From positions 1 to 46,635 of the forward strand of contig CAYZEE010000002.1 of the NCBI GenBank assembly GCA_964477485.1: a stretch of 46,635 nucleotides of DNA, in the 5' to 3' direction. Positions 1 through 8,285 of the stretch are shown here, one piece after another. The DNA comes from an uncultured Gammaproteobacteria bacterium. Its GTDB lineage: Bacteria; Patescibacteriota; Microgenomatia; Levybacterales; UBA12049. The notes beneath the pieces were generated by a model. It did no database searches, was not told the origin of the DNA, and worked only from the letters and a program-made list of their open reading frames with translations. Position 1 is the first letter of the stretch, and every line of letters begins with the position of its first letter. Both the position numbers and the translations under genes were made by a program.

Positions 1-72
1 ATTCAAACTGTATCATAAATTCTTATGAAAGGCTAATTCGTCGACACGCCCATTATATCAAAAGATAGTAGG

Positions 73-882
73 CTAAATAATATTATCATCAGCGAGGAGT
101 TGCATAGAGGCAACAACGAACTCGATGCCTATCTTTGCTATCTGTTTTGGGTCATTTGCAAAGAATAATTCATGTCCCGGGCCAATTTCCAAATCACTGC
201 CGTCATCCTCTTGGGAATATGTTCCATGGGAATCTGATGCCAAAGGCCCCGTATCTAATGGATAAAAGTCTCCGCAGTATATATCCTGGTTTTCAAAAAT
301 AGTATTAATTTTCGAAGGAACTTCATTTGGTAAATCTCGGGAGTTTGGGATTAGCTTTGATTCAAACGTCATGTCTCCAGTGATTGCCCGACATCTAAGC
401 ATATCAAGTAAGAGGCGGATATTAGGTTTATATTCTATATATTTTTTCCATGAATCATAATCCTGCCCTTCTTGAAAAACCGCAAGGCCGTCTTGTACGA
501 AATAATCAGAATCTATCTCAGTCACTAAGCTTAAAGGAAATTCGGGATCAATGCCGAATCCCCCAAATCTTCGTATAGCCTCACGAAGTTTTTTCCCTCT
601 TTTTTCCAAATTGAGATCGTCTGCGGTTATGATGTATCCTTTTTCAGGATCAAATGGAGTAATCTGCATTCCATTAGTTTCAGTATCGTAAACGTGGGTA
701 CTAATTCTGAGTTTTATATTTTTCTCAGCAAAATTTATACCAAGACAAAATCTGGTTTCTGAACCACCACGATCTAAATTCTCACATGCGGGATGAGAAA
801 AAGGAAAAACAAGCTCCCCGATTCCTATAGGAATCTCATTTCCTGGTTTATATCGTTGGTCTTTGTGTTCAGGATTTTGCAC
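73..882 (-). CDS. hypothetical acidic cytoplasmic protein (269 aa)
   Basis: Intact ORF with no TM segment and no motif I recognise. It lies 23 nt downstream of tsaD on the same strand, so it is probably co-transcribed. Confidence 0.5.
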   Translation of the reverse strand: MQNPEHKDQRYKPGNEIPIGIGELVFPFSHPACENLDRGGSETRFCLGINFAEKNIKLRISTHVYDTETNGMQITPFDPEKGYIITADDLNLEKRGKKLREAIRRFGGFGIDPEFPLSLVTEIDSDYFVQDGLAVFQEGQDYDSWKKYIEYKPNIRLLLDMLRCRAITGDMTFESKLIPNSRDLPNEVPSKINTIFENQDIYCGDFYPLDTGPLASDSHGTYSQEDDGSDLEIGPGHELFFANDPKQIAKIGIEFVVASMQLLADDNII

Positions 883-905
883 AAAGGGATTATATCACGA
901 AAGTT

Positions 906-1931
906 TTAATCAAAATATAATTCTGGATTTGCTGTGACTTTTCTGAAGTCAACGGGTTTATAATTAAAAAAAGAAGCTACTGCTATCATAGCGGCATTGT
1001 CGGTGCAAAACCGTTTTTCTGGGACAAAAAACGAAATCTTTAATTTTAAATTGTCAATTTTAAATTTGAGTTGTTCCCTTAAATTTTGATTTGCTGCGAC
1101 ACCGCCGCCGAGTAAAATAGATTTTGCCTTATATTTTTCTGCGGCCTTTAGGGTTTTGGTAGCCAATACGTCAATTATAGCTTGTTGGACTGATGCGGAA
1201 ATATCGGCAATTGTTTCATTCCCTAACTGTTTTATTGTTTGCACTTCTCGAAAGATTGCTGTTTTTAGTCCACTGAAACTAAAATCAAAATCCAAAGAAT
1301 TAATCATTGGCCGAGGAAAATTGAATGCTTTTGGGCTTCCTTTTTCTGCCGCTTTTTCAATTGCCGGTCCTCCAGGATAGGGTAAGTTTAATAGCCGCCC
1401 TATTTTATCAAAAGCTTCGCCTGCAGCATCATCCCGAGTCCCGCCAAGCCACTTGAGTTTATTATGTCCCTTCATTAAAACCAAATCCGTATGGCCTCCG
1501 GAAGCAACCAACGCAATCGCGGGAAATTCAATGTCTAGTTTTGGATTCTCAATGAAATTCGCGTAGATATGTCCATACAGATGATTGACTGGAATTATTG
1601 GTTTATTCCAAATGAATGATAGAGTTTTTGCAGTCTCCACACCTACTAAAAGAGAGCCGATAAGACCCGGACCTATTGTAACAGCAATAGCATCGATGTC
1701 GCCAATTGTCAAATTGCTATATTGCTTAAGCGTTTCATTTATGACTGGAATTATATATTTCAATTGTTCTCTTGCTGCTTTCTCAGGAATAATTCCTCCT
1801 GTTTCTGAATGAAGAGGGAGCGATGTCGCCACAACATTTGATAGAAGCTTAACATTTTCTCTGTTTAGGTTACCATCTATAATAGCTGCTGCGGTTTCAT
1901 CGCATGAAGTTTCAATTCCCAAAATTTTCAT
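906..1931 (-). CDS. tsaD: tRNA N6-adenosine threonylcarbamoyltransferase TsaD (Kae1/Gcp family)
   Basis: N-terminal MKILGIETSCDETAAA, metal-site region VNHLYGHIY and GGGVAAN near the C-terminus. I prefer the ATG at 1931 over the TTG at 1940 used by the ORF track. Confidence 0.93.
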   Translation of the reverse strand: MKILGIETSCDETAAAIIDGNLNRENVKLLSNVVATSLPLHSETGGIIPEKAAREQLKYIIPVINETLKQYSNLTIGDIDAIAVTIGPGLIGSLLVGVETAKTLSFIWNKPIIPVNHLYGHIYANFIENPKLDIEFPAIALVASGGHTDLVLMKGHNKLKWLGGTRDDAAGEAFDKIGRLLNLPYPGGPAIEKAAEKGSPKAFNFPRPMINSLDFDFSFSGLKTAIFREVQTIKQLGNETIADISASVQQAIIDVLATKTLKAAEKYKAKSILLGGGVAANQNLREQLKFKIDNLKLKISFFVPEKRFCTDNAAMIAVASFFNYKPVDFRKVTANPELYFD

Positions 1932-1936
1932 GTAAA

Positions 1937-2407
1937 TCAAGGTACATTTTTTATTTCTACTTTGTCGTCCTTTTTAAAATTATATTTTTTAGATAATCCT
2001 GCATTGATTTCCAAGACCTTATCCGAAGGTTTCTCCGGTGTAAAGATAGGAAGACTTTCGTTTTCTGTTTTAGGCGGACTTACACTTTGATAAATGGTAA
2101 CTATCTTATCTTTCTGAATATAAATTATGTCTATTGGGAATTTCATTTTTTTCATCCAAAAAGAATAGTAACCGGGTTTCTGAAAAGTGAATAGCATTCC
2201 ATAATCTTTCGGGATACTATTGTATTTAGACAGTCCAATTTCTTGATCCGTGGGGGTTTTGGCAATATATAATTTAAACACCCGGTCTTTGATAACTGCT
2301 GTTGGGGCTTTAAGAAAAAGATTGCGATTTTTAATATAATTTTGAGAGACAGCCGCTGTTATAAGTACAATCAAAAGCAAACCTAGTAAAAATAAAATCT
2401 TTTTCAT
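1937..2407 (-). CDS. DUF192-family protein with N-terminal signal/anchor
   Basis: GMLFTF...FWMKKMKFPIDIIYI...VLEINAG matches the DUF192 (COG1430) pattern. The N-terminus is hydrophobic. There is an ATGA overlap with the upstream gene. Confidence 0.75.
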   Translation of the reverse strand: MKKILFLLGLLLIVLITAAVSQNYIKNRNLFLKAPTAVIKDRVFKLYIAKTPTDQEIGLSKYNSIPKDYGMLFTFQKPGYYSFWMKKMKFPIDIIYIQKDKIVTIYQSVSPPKTENESLPIFTPEKPSDKVLEINAGLSKKYNFKKDDKVEIKNVP

Positions 2408-2892
2408 AGTAAATCTTTTTCAATTAATTTTGCCAGTTTAGTCGTCGAGTGACTCTTAATTCTTGATATCACATCTACAACGGCTCCTTTTATAAGCTTT
2501 GCCTGTCTTAATTTATGTTTTCTATTTTTGTCATTTTGTGTCGTTGCTATAACCGCAGGCCTTATTTGGGTTATAAGTTTATCATAATCTGCGTTAGTTT
2601 TCATATTCTCAAGCGTAATAATATAATCAGTGCAGGCAAGGGCTGCTAGAACTTGAGCTCTTTCTGTTTGGGAGTTTATTGGTCGGTTTTTTCCTTTTAA
2701 CTTTCTTACATTTTCATCATTTTCCAAAAGAACAAAAAGCACGTCTGCCTGTTTTTTGGCATTTTCTAAAAATTTTATGTGTCCGATATGAAGAATGTCA
2801 AAAACACCACCTGCCAGAACAATGTTTTTATTTTTCTTTCTTAATTTATGAGCAATTATTACTGCTTCATTGATAGTTACCACTTTATTCAT
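2404..2892 (-). CDS. cytidylyltransferase-fold nucleotidyltransferase, RfaE domain II / HldC-like
   Basis: GGVFDILHIGHIKFLENAKK (HxGH motif) followed by VRKLKGKNRPINSQTERAQVLAAL. This resembles heptose-1-phosphate adenylyltransferase domain II. RibL or TagD-type activities cannot be excluded. Confidence 0.65.
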   Translation of the reverse strand: MNKVVTINEAVIIAHKLRKKNKNIVLAGGVFDILHIGHIKFLENAKKQADVLFVLLENDENVRKLKGKNRPINSQTERAQVLAALACTDYIITLENMKTNADYDKLITQIRPAVIATTQNDKNRKHKLRQAKLIKGAVVDVISRIKSHSTTKLAKLIEKDLL

Positions 2893-2959
2893 AGAATTAA
2901 GCGACTAGCAACTAGCCATTAGCAACTAGTCGCTAACAAACTAGTGGCTAATTGCTAAA
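2893..2959. repeat. CTAG-rich intergenic repeat cluster with an 8-bp inverted repeat
   Basis: GCGACTAG...CTAGTCGC inverted repeat. Read on the minus strand there are three degenerate direct copies: TTAGCCACTAGTTTG, TTAGCGACTAGTTGC and TAATGGCTAGTTGC. Confidence 0.5.
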
Positions 2960-4378
2960 TTATCCTTTTGTTCCTCTTAGATATACGGCAGCCCAGGGTT
3001 GATAATTCGAGTAGAAAGTATCCGAGATAATTACCTTGCCGTCTTTTACTACTTTTCTTGTAAAATAGACATTTGCGCCTGGTGCTGAGAAGTCGACCTG
3101 TTTAAGTTGTCCCTTAGGAAGCGTCGGATCGTCCTGATACACGGTTGGCAGAGGAGGTGTTTGATTTGTGACAATCGGTTTTGTTAGAGTAACAATTCTG
3201 CCGTCTTTTGTCCCATATAGCGAGAACGTTAGCCGCTCAATGCTTGGATCAATTGAGCTCTGGATAAGTATATAATTACCCGTGTCGTTTTTAAATTTTA
3301 AATCAACGCTGGGCGAATAGACAGTTGCATCAAGTCCCGGCGGAGAGTCCTCTTCGTAATAGCCAACCCTATACGCATGGGCATGTCTCTCAACTACAGG
3401 AAGACCGGCATTTAGAATTGCCCGAAAGAGAGTTGTTGAAACCTGACATACGCCTCCGCCATCACCTAAAACCGTTCTTCCGTTTTGTATGATGTAGGCC
3501 TGTTGATACCCTGTAAATGCGGATACGTCGCCTAACGCTTGATTAAACGAGAATACCTCATTTGGGGCAACAAGTATTCCATTTAGTCTTGTTGATGCCA
3601 GTGTAATATTATAAATTCTATTTACTATTGAATCCTGAAACAGAGAAGTGCCTTGTCCCAGAAGTTCTTTTATCCCTAGATTATTTGCCTTACCGGTTGT
3701 GACCTTAGGCTTTAAAATCTTAATTGGGACTTGTATAGCAATAATTTGAGGTTTTCTGGCTGTCATAACCGTTAGGAACTTAGATGATATTTCATTTTTT
3801 AATCCATTCATATCGATTGTCTGTCCATCTTGAGACGGTTTAAATGCGGTAACCCTTCCATTCTGAAAAGTGAACAAGCCGTTAACCGGATCCACCTGAA
3901 GTTTTTTAATAATTGGAGAAAGAAAGGCTGTGAGTTTATTTTCCGAATAATGGTATGAGGCAGGTAAATTTATGCCATTAACATATGCCTGAAGAATTAA
4001 GCTTGCGTTAGAAAGGATATCGCTTGATCTGCCTAAACTTATTGCTTGTGTCGCAAGTAGGTTCTCATCATATCCTAAATTAAGTTCTTTTGCCGAGATG
4101 GTAGCCGTCCCCGCATCGCTTAGGAAGACAAATCTTGTTTTTCCTGCCTTTTTATTTAATCCGGCAAAGTATCCTTTTACTTGAACGTCTCTTTTCCCGC
4201 CAAAGTCAACTCCATTTACCATCACGCCCGGGTAGATAACATTATCATAAATTTTTTGAAAGATAATAAAAGAGAAACTTATAAATAAAAATAATCCCAA
4301 ACCTGCTCCAACCAAAAACCAAAAGATCACTTTACCAGCTTTTGAAATATGTTTGATCTTGATAAACCCAATCTTCAT
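2960..4378 (-). CDS. VanW-family protein, N-terminal membrane anchor
   Basis: GGGVCQVSTTLFRAILNAGLPVVERHAHAYRVGYY is the characteristic VanW core, and there is one N-terminal TM helix. Start is ATG 4378, with GTG 4390 as an alternative. Confidence 0.85.
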   Translation of the reverse strand: MKIGFIKIKHISKAGKVIFWFLVGAGLGLFLFISFSFIIFQKIYDNVIYPGVMVNGVDFGGKRDVQVKGYFAGLNKKAGKTRFVFLSDAGTATISAKELNLGYDENLLATQAISLGRSSDILSNASLILQAYVNGINLPASYHYSENKLTAFLSPIIKKLQVDPVNGLFTFQNGRVTAFKPSQDGQTIDMNGLKNEISSKFLTVMTARKPQIIAIQVPIKILKPKVTTGKANNLGIKELLGQGTSLFQDSIVNRIYNITLASTRLNGILVAPNEVFSFNQALGDVSAFTGYQQAYIIQNGRTVLGDGGGVCQVSTTLFRAILNAGLPVVERHAHAYRVGYYEEDSPPGLDATVYSPSVDLKFKNDTGNYILIQSSIDPSIERLTFSLYGTKDGRIVTLTKPIVTNQTPPLPTVYQDDPTLPKGQLKQVDFSAPGANVYFTRKVVKDGKVIISDTFYSNYQPWAAVYLRGTKG

Positions 4379-4413
4379 TTGATATGCCACCTCTTTGGTA
4401 TTATACTATATTG

Positions 4414-5814
4414 ATGGCCGAAAATACGGTTTTTCAAAGTCCCGGTGTCACGAATCAACCCGTGGGTTTGCCAACTGCGCAAGTCAGGAATGTTGTCCCG
4501 CCGCCTCATAGGGTATTTCCTTTAGATTCAATAATAAAAATAATTATAGGTTTAATGGTTGTTGTATTTATTTTGTTTATAATCTTTGGATTTATTATTC
4601 CTCTTTTTAGAAAATCTTCAACAAACTCCGCAACAATTACTTTTTGGGGGCTGTGGGAGGATAATAGCATTATTCAACCTATTCTTGACGATTTCAAAAG
4701 ACAATATCCAAATATAACAGTTAATTACGTAAAAGAGGATGTTAAACAATATAGAGATAGATTAAGTACCAGAATTCAGAATGGTACAGGACCTGATGTG
4801 TTTGAATTTCATAATACTTGGCTGCCACAGCTGTCAAACACGCTTTTGCCGCTTCCTTCGGATACTATATCAAAAAAAGATTTCGAGAACTCTTTTTATC
4901 CCGTTGCTCAAAATGATTTAATAAAAAACGGCGCGATATACGGGATACCGCTTGAGGTAGATACTTTATCTTTATATGTTAATACGCAAATATTTCAAGC
5001 GGCAGGCGTTAAAGTCCCGGATAATTGGGATGATTTCTCAAGGGTTGCCCGTTCACTCACTGTTATCGATGAGAACGGAAAGATAAAAACAGCCGGCGCA
5101 GCTTTGGGAACTTTTGATAACATAAATCACGCGCCGGATATTATTTCACTTCTTCTAATACAAAACGGAGCTGATATAAATAACCTTAACGCTACCTCTA
5201 AGAATGCAAGTGATGCCTTGACTTTCTACACATCTTTTGCCACGGGTAATCAAAAAGTATGGGACGAGACATTGGATCCTTCGCTTCTTGCTTTTGCGAA
5301 AGGGGAACTTGGCATGTACTTTGGATACTCTTGGGACTTTTTTACTATAAAGGCTCTAAATCCCTCGCTAACTTTTCAGATTTATCCTGTTCCTCATTTG
5401 CCCGGCCGCAATATGACTGTCGCAAGTTATTGGTCAGCGGCTGTTTCAATAAAAAGTCAACATCAGAAAGAAGCACTTACTTTTATTAAATTTTTATCAA
5501 AACCGGAAACAGAGGAAAAATTGTTTGCCCTTGAGTCGAAAACAAGAGTTTTTGGTGAACCATATGCAATAAAGAGCCTTGCGGATAAACTCCAGGGTAA
5601 TTCTTTTGTATTCCCGTTTGTTTCTGCGGCAAAAAATGCAGCTTCTTCTTTTTTTGCAAGTGGCACTTACGATGATGGATTAAACTCTCAAATGGATACA
5701 TATCTTGGTAATGCCGTCCGGTCTATGCTGGATAATGATACTTCGGCGGATAGCGCTGTTGCCACACTCTCCCAGGGAGTTTCTCAAGTGTTAAAACAGT
5801 ATGAGCAGCAGTAA
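4414..5814 (+). CDS. extracellular solute-binding protein (ABC family 1, sugar type), membrane-anchored
   Basis: A TM helix is followed by TFWGLWEDN...GTGPDVFEFHNTWLPQL, typical of family-1 SBPs. No permease or ATPase genes are adjacent. An alternative ATG lies at 4384. Confidence 0.7.
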   Translation: MAENTVFQSPGVTNQPVGLPTAQVRNVVPPPHRVFPLDSIIKIIIGLMVVVFILFIIFGFIIPLFRKSSTNSATITFWGLWEDNSIIQPILDDFKRQYPNITVNYVKEDVKQYRDRLSTRIQNGTGPDVFEFHNTWLPQLSNTLLPLPSDTISKKDFENSFYPVAQNDLIKNGAIYGIPLEVDTLSLYVNTQIFQAAGVKVPDNWDDFSRVARSLTVIDENGKIKTAGAALGTFDNINHAPDIISLLLIQNGADINNLNATSKNASDALTFYTSFATGNQKVWDETLDPSLLAFAKGELGMYFGYSWDFFTIKALNPSLTFQIYPVPHLPGRNMTVASYWSAAVSIKSQHQKEALTFIKFLSKPETEEKLFALESKTRVFGEPYAIKSLADKLQGNSFVFPFVSAAKNAASSFFASGTYDDGLNSQMDTYLGNAVRSMLDNDTSADSAVATLSQGVSQVLKQYEQQ

Positions 5815-6682
5815 AAATGCAATTTTAAGAACCCTACTTTACAGCGATATTTTTGACTACCCACTTAAAGAAACCGAACTTTTTAGATTTTTAATAACAA
5901 CAAAAAGCATAGATAAAGAAACTTTTCTAAAGGCGCTTAGTAAAAAAAATGTAAATGTGGTTTTTAAGAATAATTTTTATTGCATAAAAGGACATGAAAA
6001 TATAATTGCAGAAAGAATAAAACGGGAAAAATTAAGTGTAATTAAACTTAAAATTGCCCGAAAGATAATTAATTTGATATCTTTATTTCCGACAATTAGA
6101 TTCATCGGAATAAGCGGAGCGTTGTCTATGGGCAATGCTGCGAAGAACGATGACATAGATTTATTCATTATAACCAGAGAGAATGCAATGTGGATAACAA
6201 GACTTTTCCTTATATTTATTTTAAAAATTATGGGCAAGTACAGAAAAAGAGGAGATAAAAATGTTGCTAACAAGATTTGCCTGAATATGTTACTAGATGA
6301 AAGCAATCTTAAATTGTCATTTGATAGGCAAAACTTATACTGCGCGCATGAAATAGCCCAACTAATGCCAATATTTAGCCGCGATGGTGTCTATAAAAAA
6401 TTTATTAGGGCAAATAACTGGACTACGAAGTTTTTGCCAAACTTATCTGTCGGCAGGCGGGGATATAAGAAAATTAAAGAGCAAAAGAGGAGTCTGAATT
6501 TTCCGATTAGCAAACTACTTAAGCTATTGGAACCTCTTGCGAGGGAGGTCCAACTTTATATGATGAAAAAGCACATTACAATAGAGACAGTTTCGGACAA
6601 TTTTTTAGCCCTGCACCCTTTTGATTACAAAATGTATACTCTAAATGCATATGAAGAGAGACTTAAGAAATACAAAACATGA
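5801..6682 (+). CDS. hypothetical protein with pol-beta-type nucleotidyltransferase signature
   Basis: GISGALSMGNAAKNDDIDLFII fits the G[SG]-x(9-13)-DhDh nucleotidyltransferase pattern. The N-terminal ~60 aa look like a winged helix. Confidence 0.45.
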   Translation: MSSSKNAILRTLLYSDIFDYPLKETELFRFLITTKSIDKETFLKALSKKNVNVVFKNNFYCIKGHENIIAERIKREKLSVIKLKIARKIINLISLFPTIRFIGISGALSMGNAAKNDDIDLFIITRENAMWITRLFLIFILKIMGKYRKRGDKNVANKICLNMLLDESNLKLSFDRQNLYCAHEIAQLMPIFSRDGVYKKFIRANNWTTKFLPNLSVGRRGYKKIKEQKRSLNFPISKLLKLLEPLAREVQLYMMKKHITIETVSDNFLALHPFDYKMYTLNAYEERLKKYKT

Positions 6683-7713
6683 AAAAATTTAATACTGCTG
6701 TTTTCGGAGGAACATTTGACCATTTTCATAGAGGACACAGGAAGCTGTTGGAGTTTGGACTATCTGTTTCAGAAAGACTAATTATAGGTGTAACTTCAGA
6801 TGAATTTGTCAGTAAATTTAAAATTTCAAATTTAAAATTCAAAATTAAAGCTCAAAAATTCGAAAATTTTGAGACTAGGAAAAAAAACCTTGAGGGATTT
6901 TTGAATAAACTTGCAAAAGGAAGATTTAAAATTATTAAAATAGAAGACTTGTTCGGGCCCACGCTTGATAAAGATTTTTTGGGAGATGTAATTTTAGTTT
7001 CAAGTAATACAATTGCCGGGGCGGAAAAGATTAATAAAGAAAGAGCCGGGAGGGGGTTATCTGAGTTTAAAATAATTGTAGTTCCTCAAGTTTTGGCAGA
7101 AGATGGAAGGCCAATATCTTCTTTTCGGATAAGAAGTGGAGAGATAGACAGGGAAGGGAAATTGTATTTAAAGCCTTTTTGGTTTAAAAAAACATTGGTT
7201 CTTCCTCAAAAACTTCGGGAGGAGTTTAGAAAACCTCTCGGAAAGATAGTTGCCGATATTAATGATATTAGCGACAAAAGATTAGAAAGCTTATGTTTGA
7301 TTACTGTGGGTGATGAAACTACAAGAATATTTAATCAGTTGTCTATGAGACTAAATATAGCAGTCGTAGATTTTAAAATTGCAAGAAAAAGGAAATTTTC
7401 AAATATTGAACAACTTGGATTTTCCGCAAAAGAAAAGACTATAAGGGTTAAGAATCCAGCCGGAACCATAACTCCTGAGCTTTTTAAAACAGTCCACTCT
7501 ATTTTTGAAAAAACAGACACAAAAAACCCTATTATTATTCTAATAGACGGAGAAGATGATTTTTCTGTTTTGCCTTTGATTCTAACTTCTCCTTTAGGCT
7601 GCTATGTTTATTATGGGCAGCCTGGAAAAGGAATTGTCGAGATTTTGGTCGATGAAAATGTCAAGGCTAAAATACGCAGAATCTTAGCTAGGTTTAAGAC
7701 TCTAGGATATTGA
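6679..7713 (+). CDS. fusion of archaeal-type phosphopantetheine adenylyltransferase and a DUF359 (GTP-dependent dephospho-CoA kinase)-like domain
   Basis: The N-terminal half has GGTFDHFHRGHRKLL (HxGH) and a cytidylyltransferase fold. The C-terminal half has ITVGDETT, VVDFKIARKR and LIDGEDDFSVLPLIL, which resemble the DUF359 signature blocks. Confidence 0.65.
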   Translation: MKKFNTAVFGGTFDHFHRGHRKLLEFGLSVSERLIIGVTSDEFVSKFKISNLKFKIKAQKFENFETRKKNLEGFLNKLAKGRFKIIKIEDLFGPTLDKDFLGDVILVSSNTIAGAEKINKERAGRGLSEFKIIVVPQVLAEDGRPISSFRIRSGEIDREGKLYLKPFWFKKTLVLPQKLREEFRKPLGKIVADINDISDKRLESLCLITVGDETTRIFNQLSMRLNIAVVDFKIARKRKFSNIEQLGFSAKEKTIRVKNPAGTITPELFKTVHSIFEKTDTKNPIIILIDGEDDFSVLPLILTSPLGCYVYYGQPGKGIVEILVDENVKAKIRRILARFKTLGY

Positions 7714-7738
7714 CAAAGCGCCATTTTTCCTATATATT
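7710..7738 (+). promoter_or_regulatory. sigma70-like promoter for greA (TTGACA-N17-TATATT)
   Basis: TTGACA at 7710-7715 overlaps the stop codon of the upstream gene. A 17-nt spacer separates it from TATATT at 7733-7738. Confidence 0.55.
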
Positions 7739-7761
7739 TGCTTTGATTTGCATAACGCATC

Positions 7762-7799
7762 ATCCCTCAGTTTTTTTAAACACCGAGGGATTTTCTTTT
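7762..7799 (+). terminator. terminator-like hairpin inside the greA 5' leader
   Basis: ATCCCTC (7762-7768) pairs with GAGGGAT (7785-7791). There is an inner GTTT/AAAC helix, and the hairpin is followed by TTTTCTTTT. Confidence 0.45.
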
Positions 7800-7814
7800 A
7801 AGAAAGAGTCTATT

Positions 7815-8282
7815 ATGGATAAGAAAATTTATTTAACCCGTGAAGGACTTGAGGAGCTTAGGAAAGAATATGATGAGCTCTCAAAAAATAAGAGACCTGA
7901 TGTTCTGACCCGAGTTTCTCAGGCAAGAGACATGGGAGATTTATCTGAAAATGCAGAGTATGTCGCAGCAAGAGAGGAGCTGTCGTTTATTGATGGTCGA
8001 ATCGATGAGCTGGAAGAGCTATTAAGACAAGCTGTTGTTATAAGCGGAAGCGGGAAATCTTCTAATAGTGTTATAAAGCTTGGATCTACAGTAGCTCTTC
8101 ATGTAAATGGCAAAAAAGAAATCTTCAAAGTCGTGGGAGAATGGGAGGCGGATCCAAAGGAGAAAAAAATTTCTAATGAATCTCCTCTTGGAAAAGCACT
8201 TATTGGCAAGAAAGTTGGAGAAAAGGTCGAGGTAGAGGCTCCGGCCGGAAAACTTATCTACTCCGTTGTAGCTGTTAATTAG
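7815..8282 (+). CDS. greA: transcription elongation factor GreA
   Basis: MDKKIYLTREGLEELRKEYDEL...DLSENAEYVAAREE...ESPLGKALIGKKVGE are classic GreA motifs. The track ORF starts at a TTG 105 nt upstream, which I reject. Confidence 0.93.
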   Translation: MDKKIYLTREGLEELRKEYDELSKNKRPDVLTRVSQARDMGDLSENAEYVAAREELSFIDGRIDELEELLRQAVVISGSGKSSNSVIKLGSTVALHVNGKKEIFKVVGEWEADPKEKKISNESPLGKALIGKKVGEKVEVEAPAGKLIYSVVAVN

Positions 8283-8285
8283 TCC

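Noticed and set aside
1156-1812. Plus-strand ORFs of 74 and 75 aa inside tsaD.
   Set aside because: They are antisense to a strongly supported conserved gene and have no motifs. They look like typical shadow ORFs.
6815-6880. An A/T-rich periodic stretch encoding KFKISNLKFKIKAQKFENFE.
   Set aside because: It is a low-complexity insertion inside the PPAT domain. It is not an independent repeat element.
7710-7814. TTG-initiated 35-codon extension of greA.
   Set aside because: GreA homology starts exactly at MDKKIYLTREG. The extension coincides with a good promoter and a structured leader.
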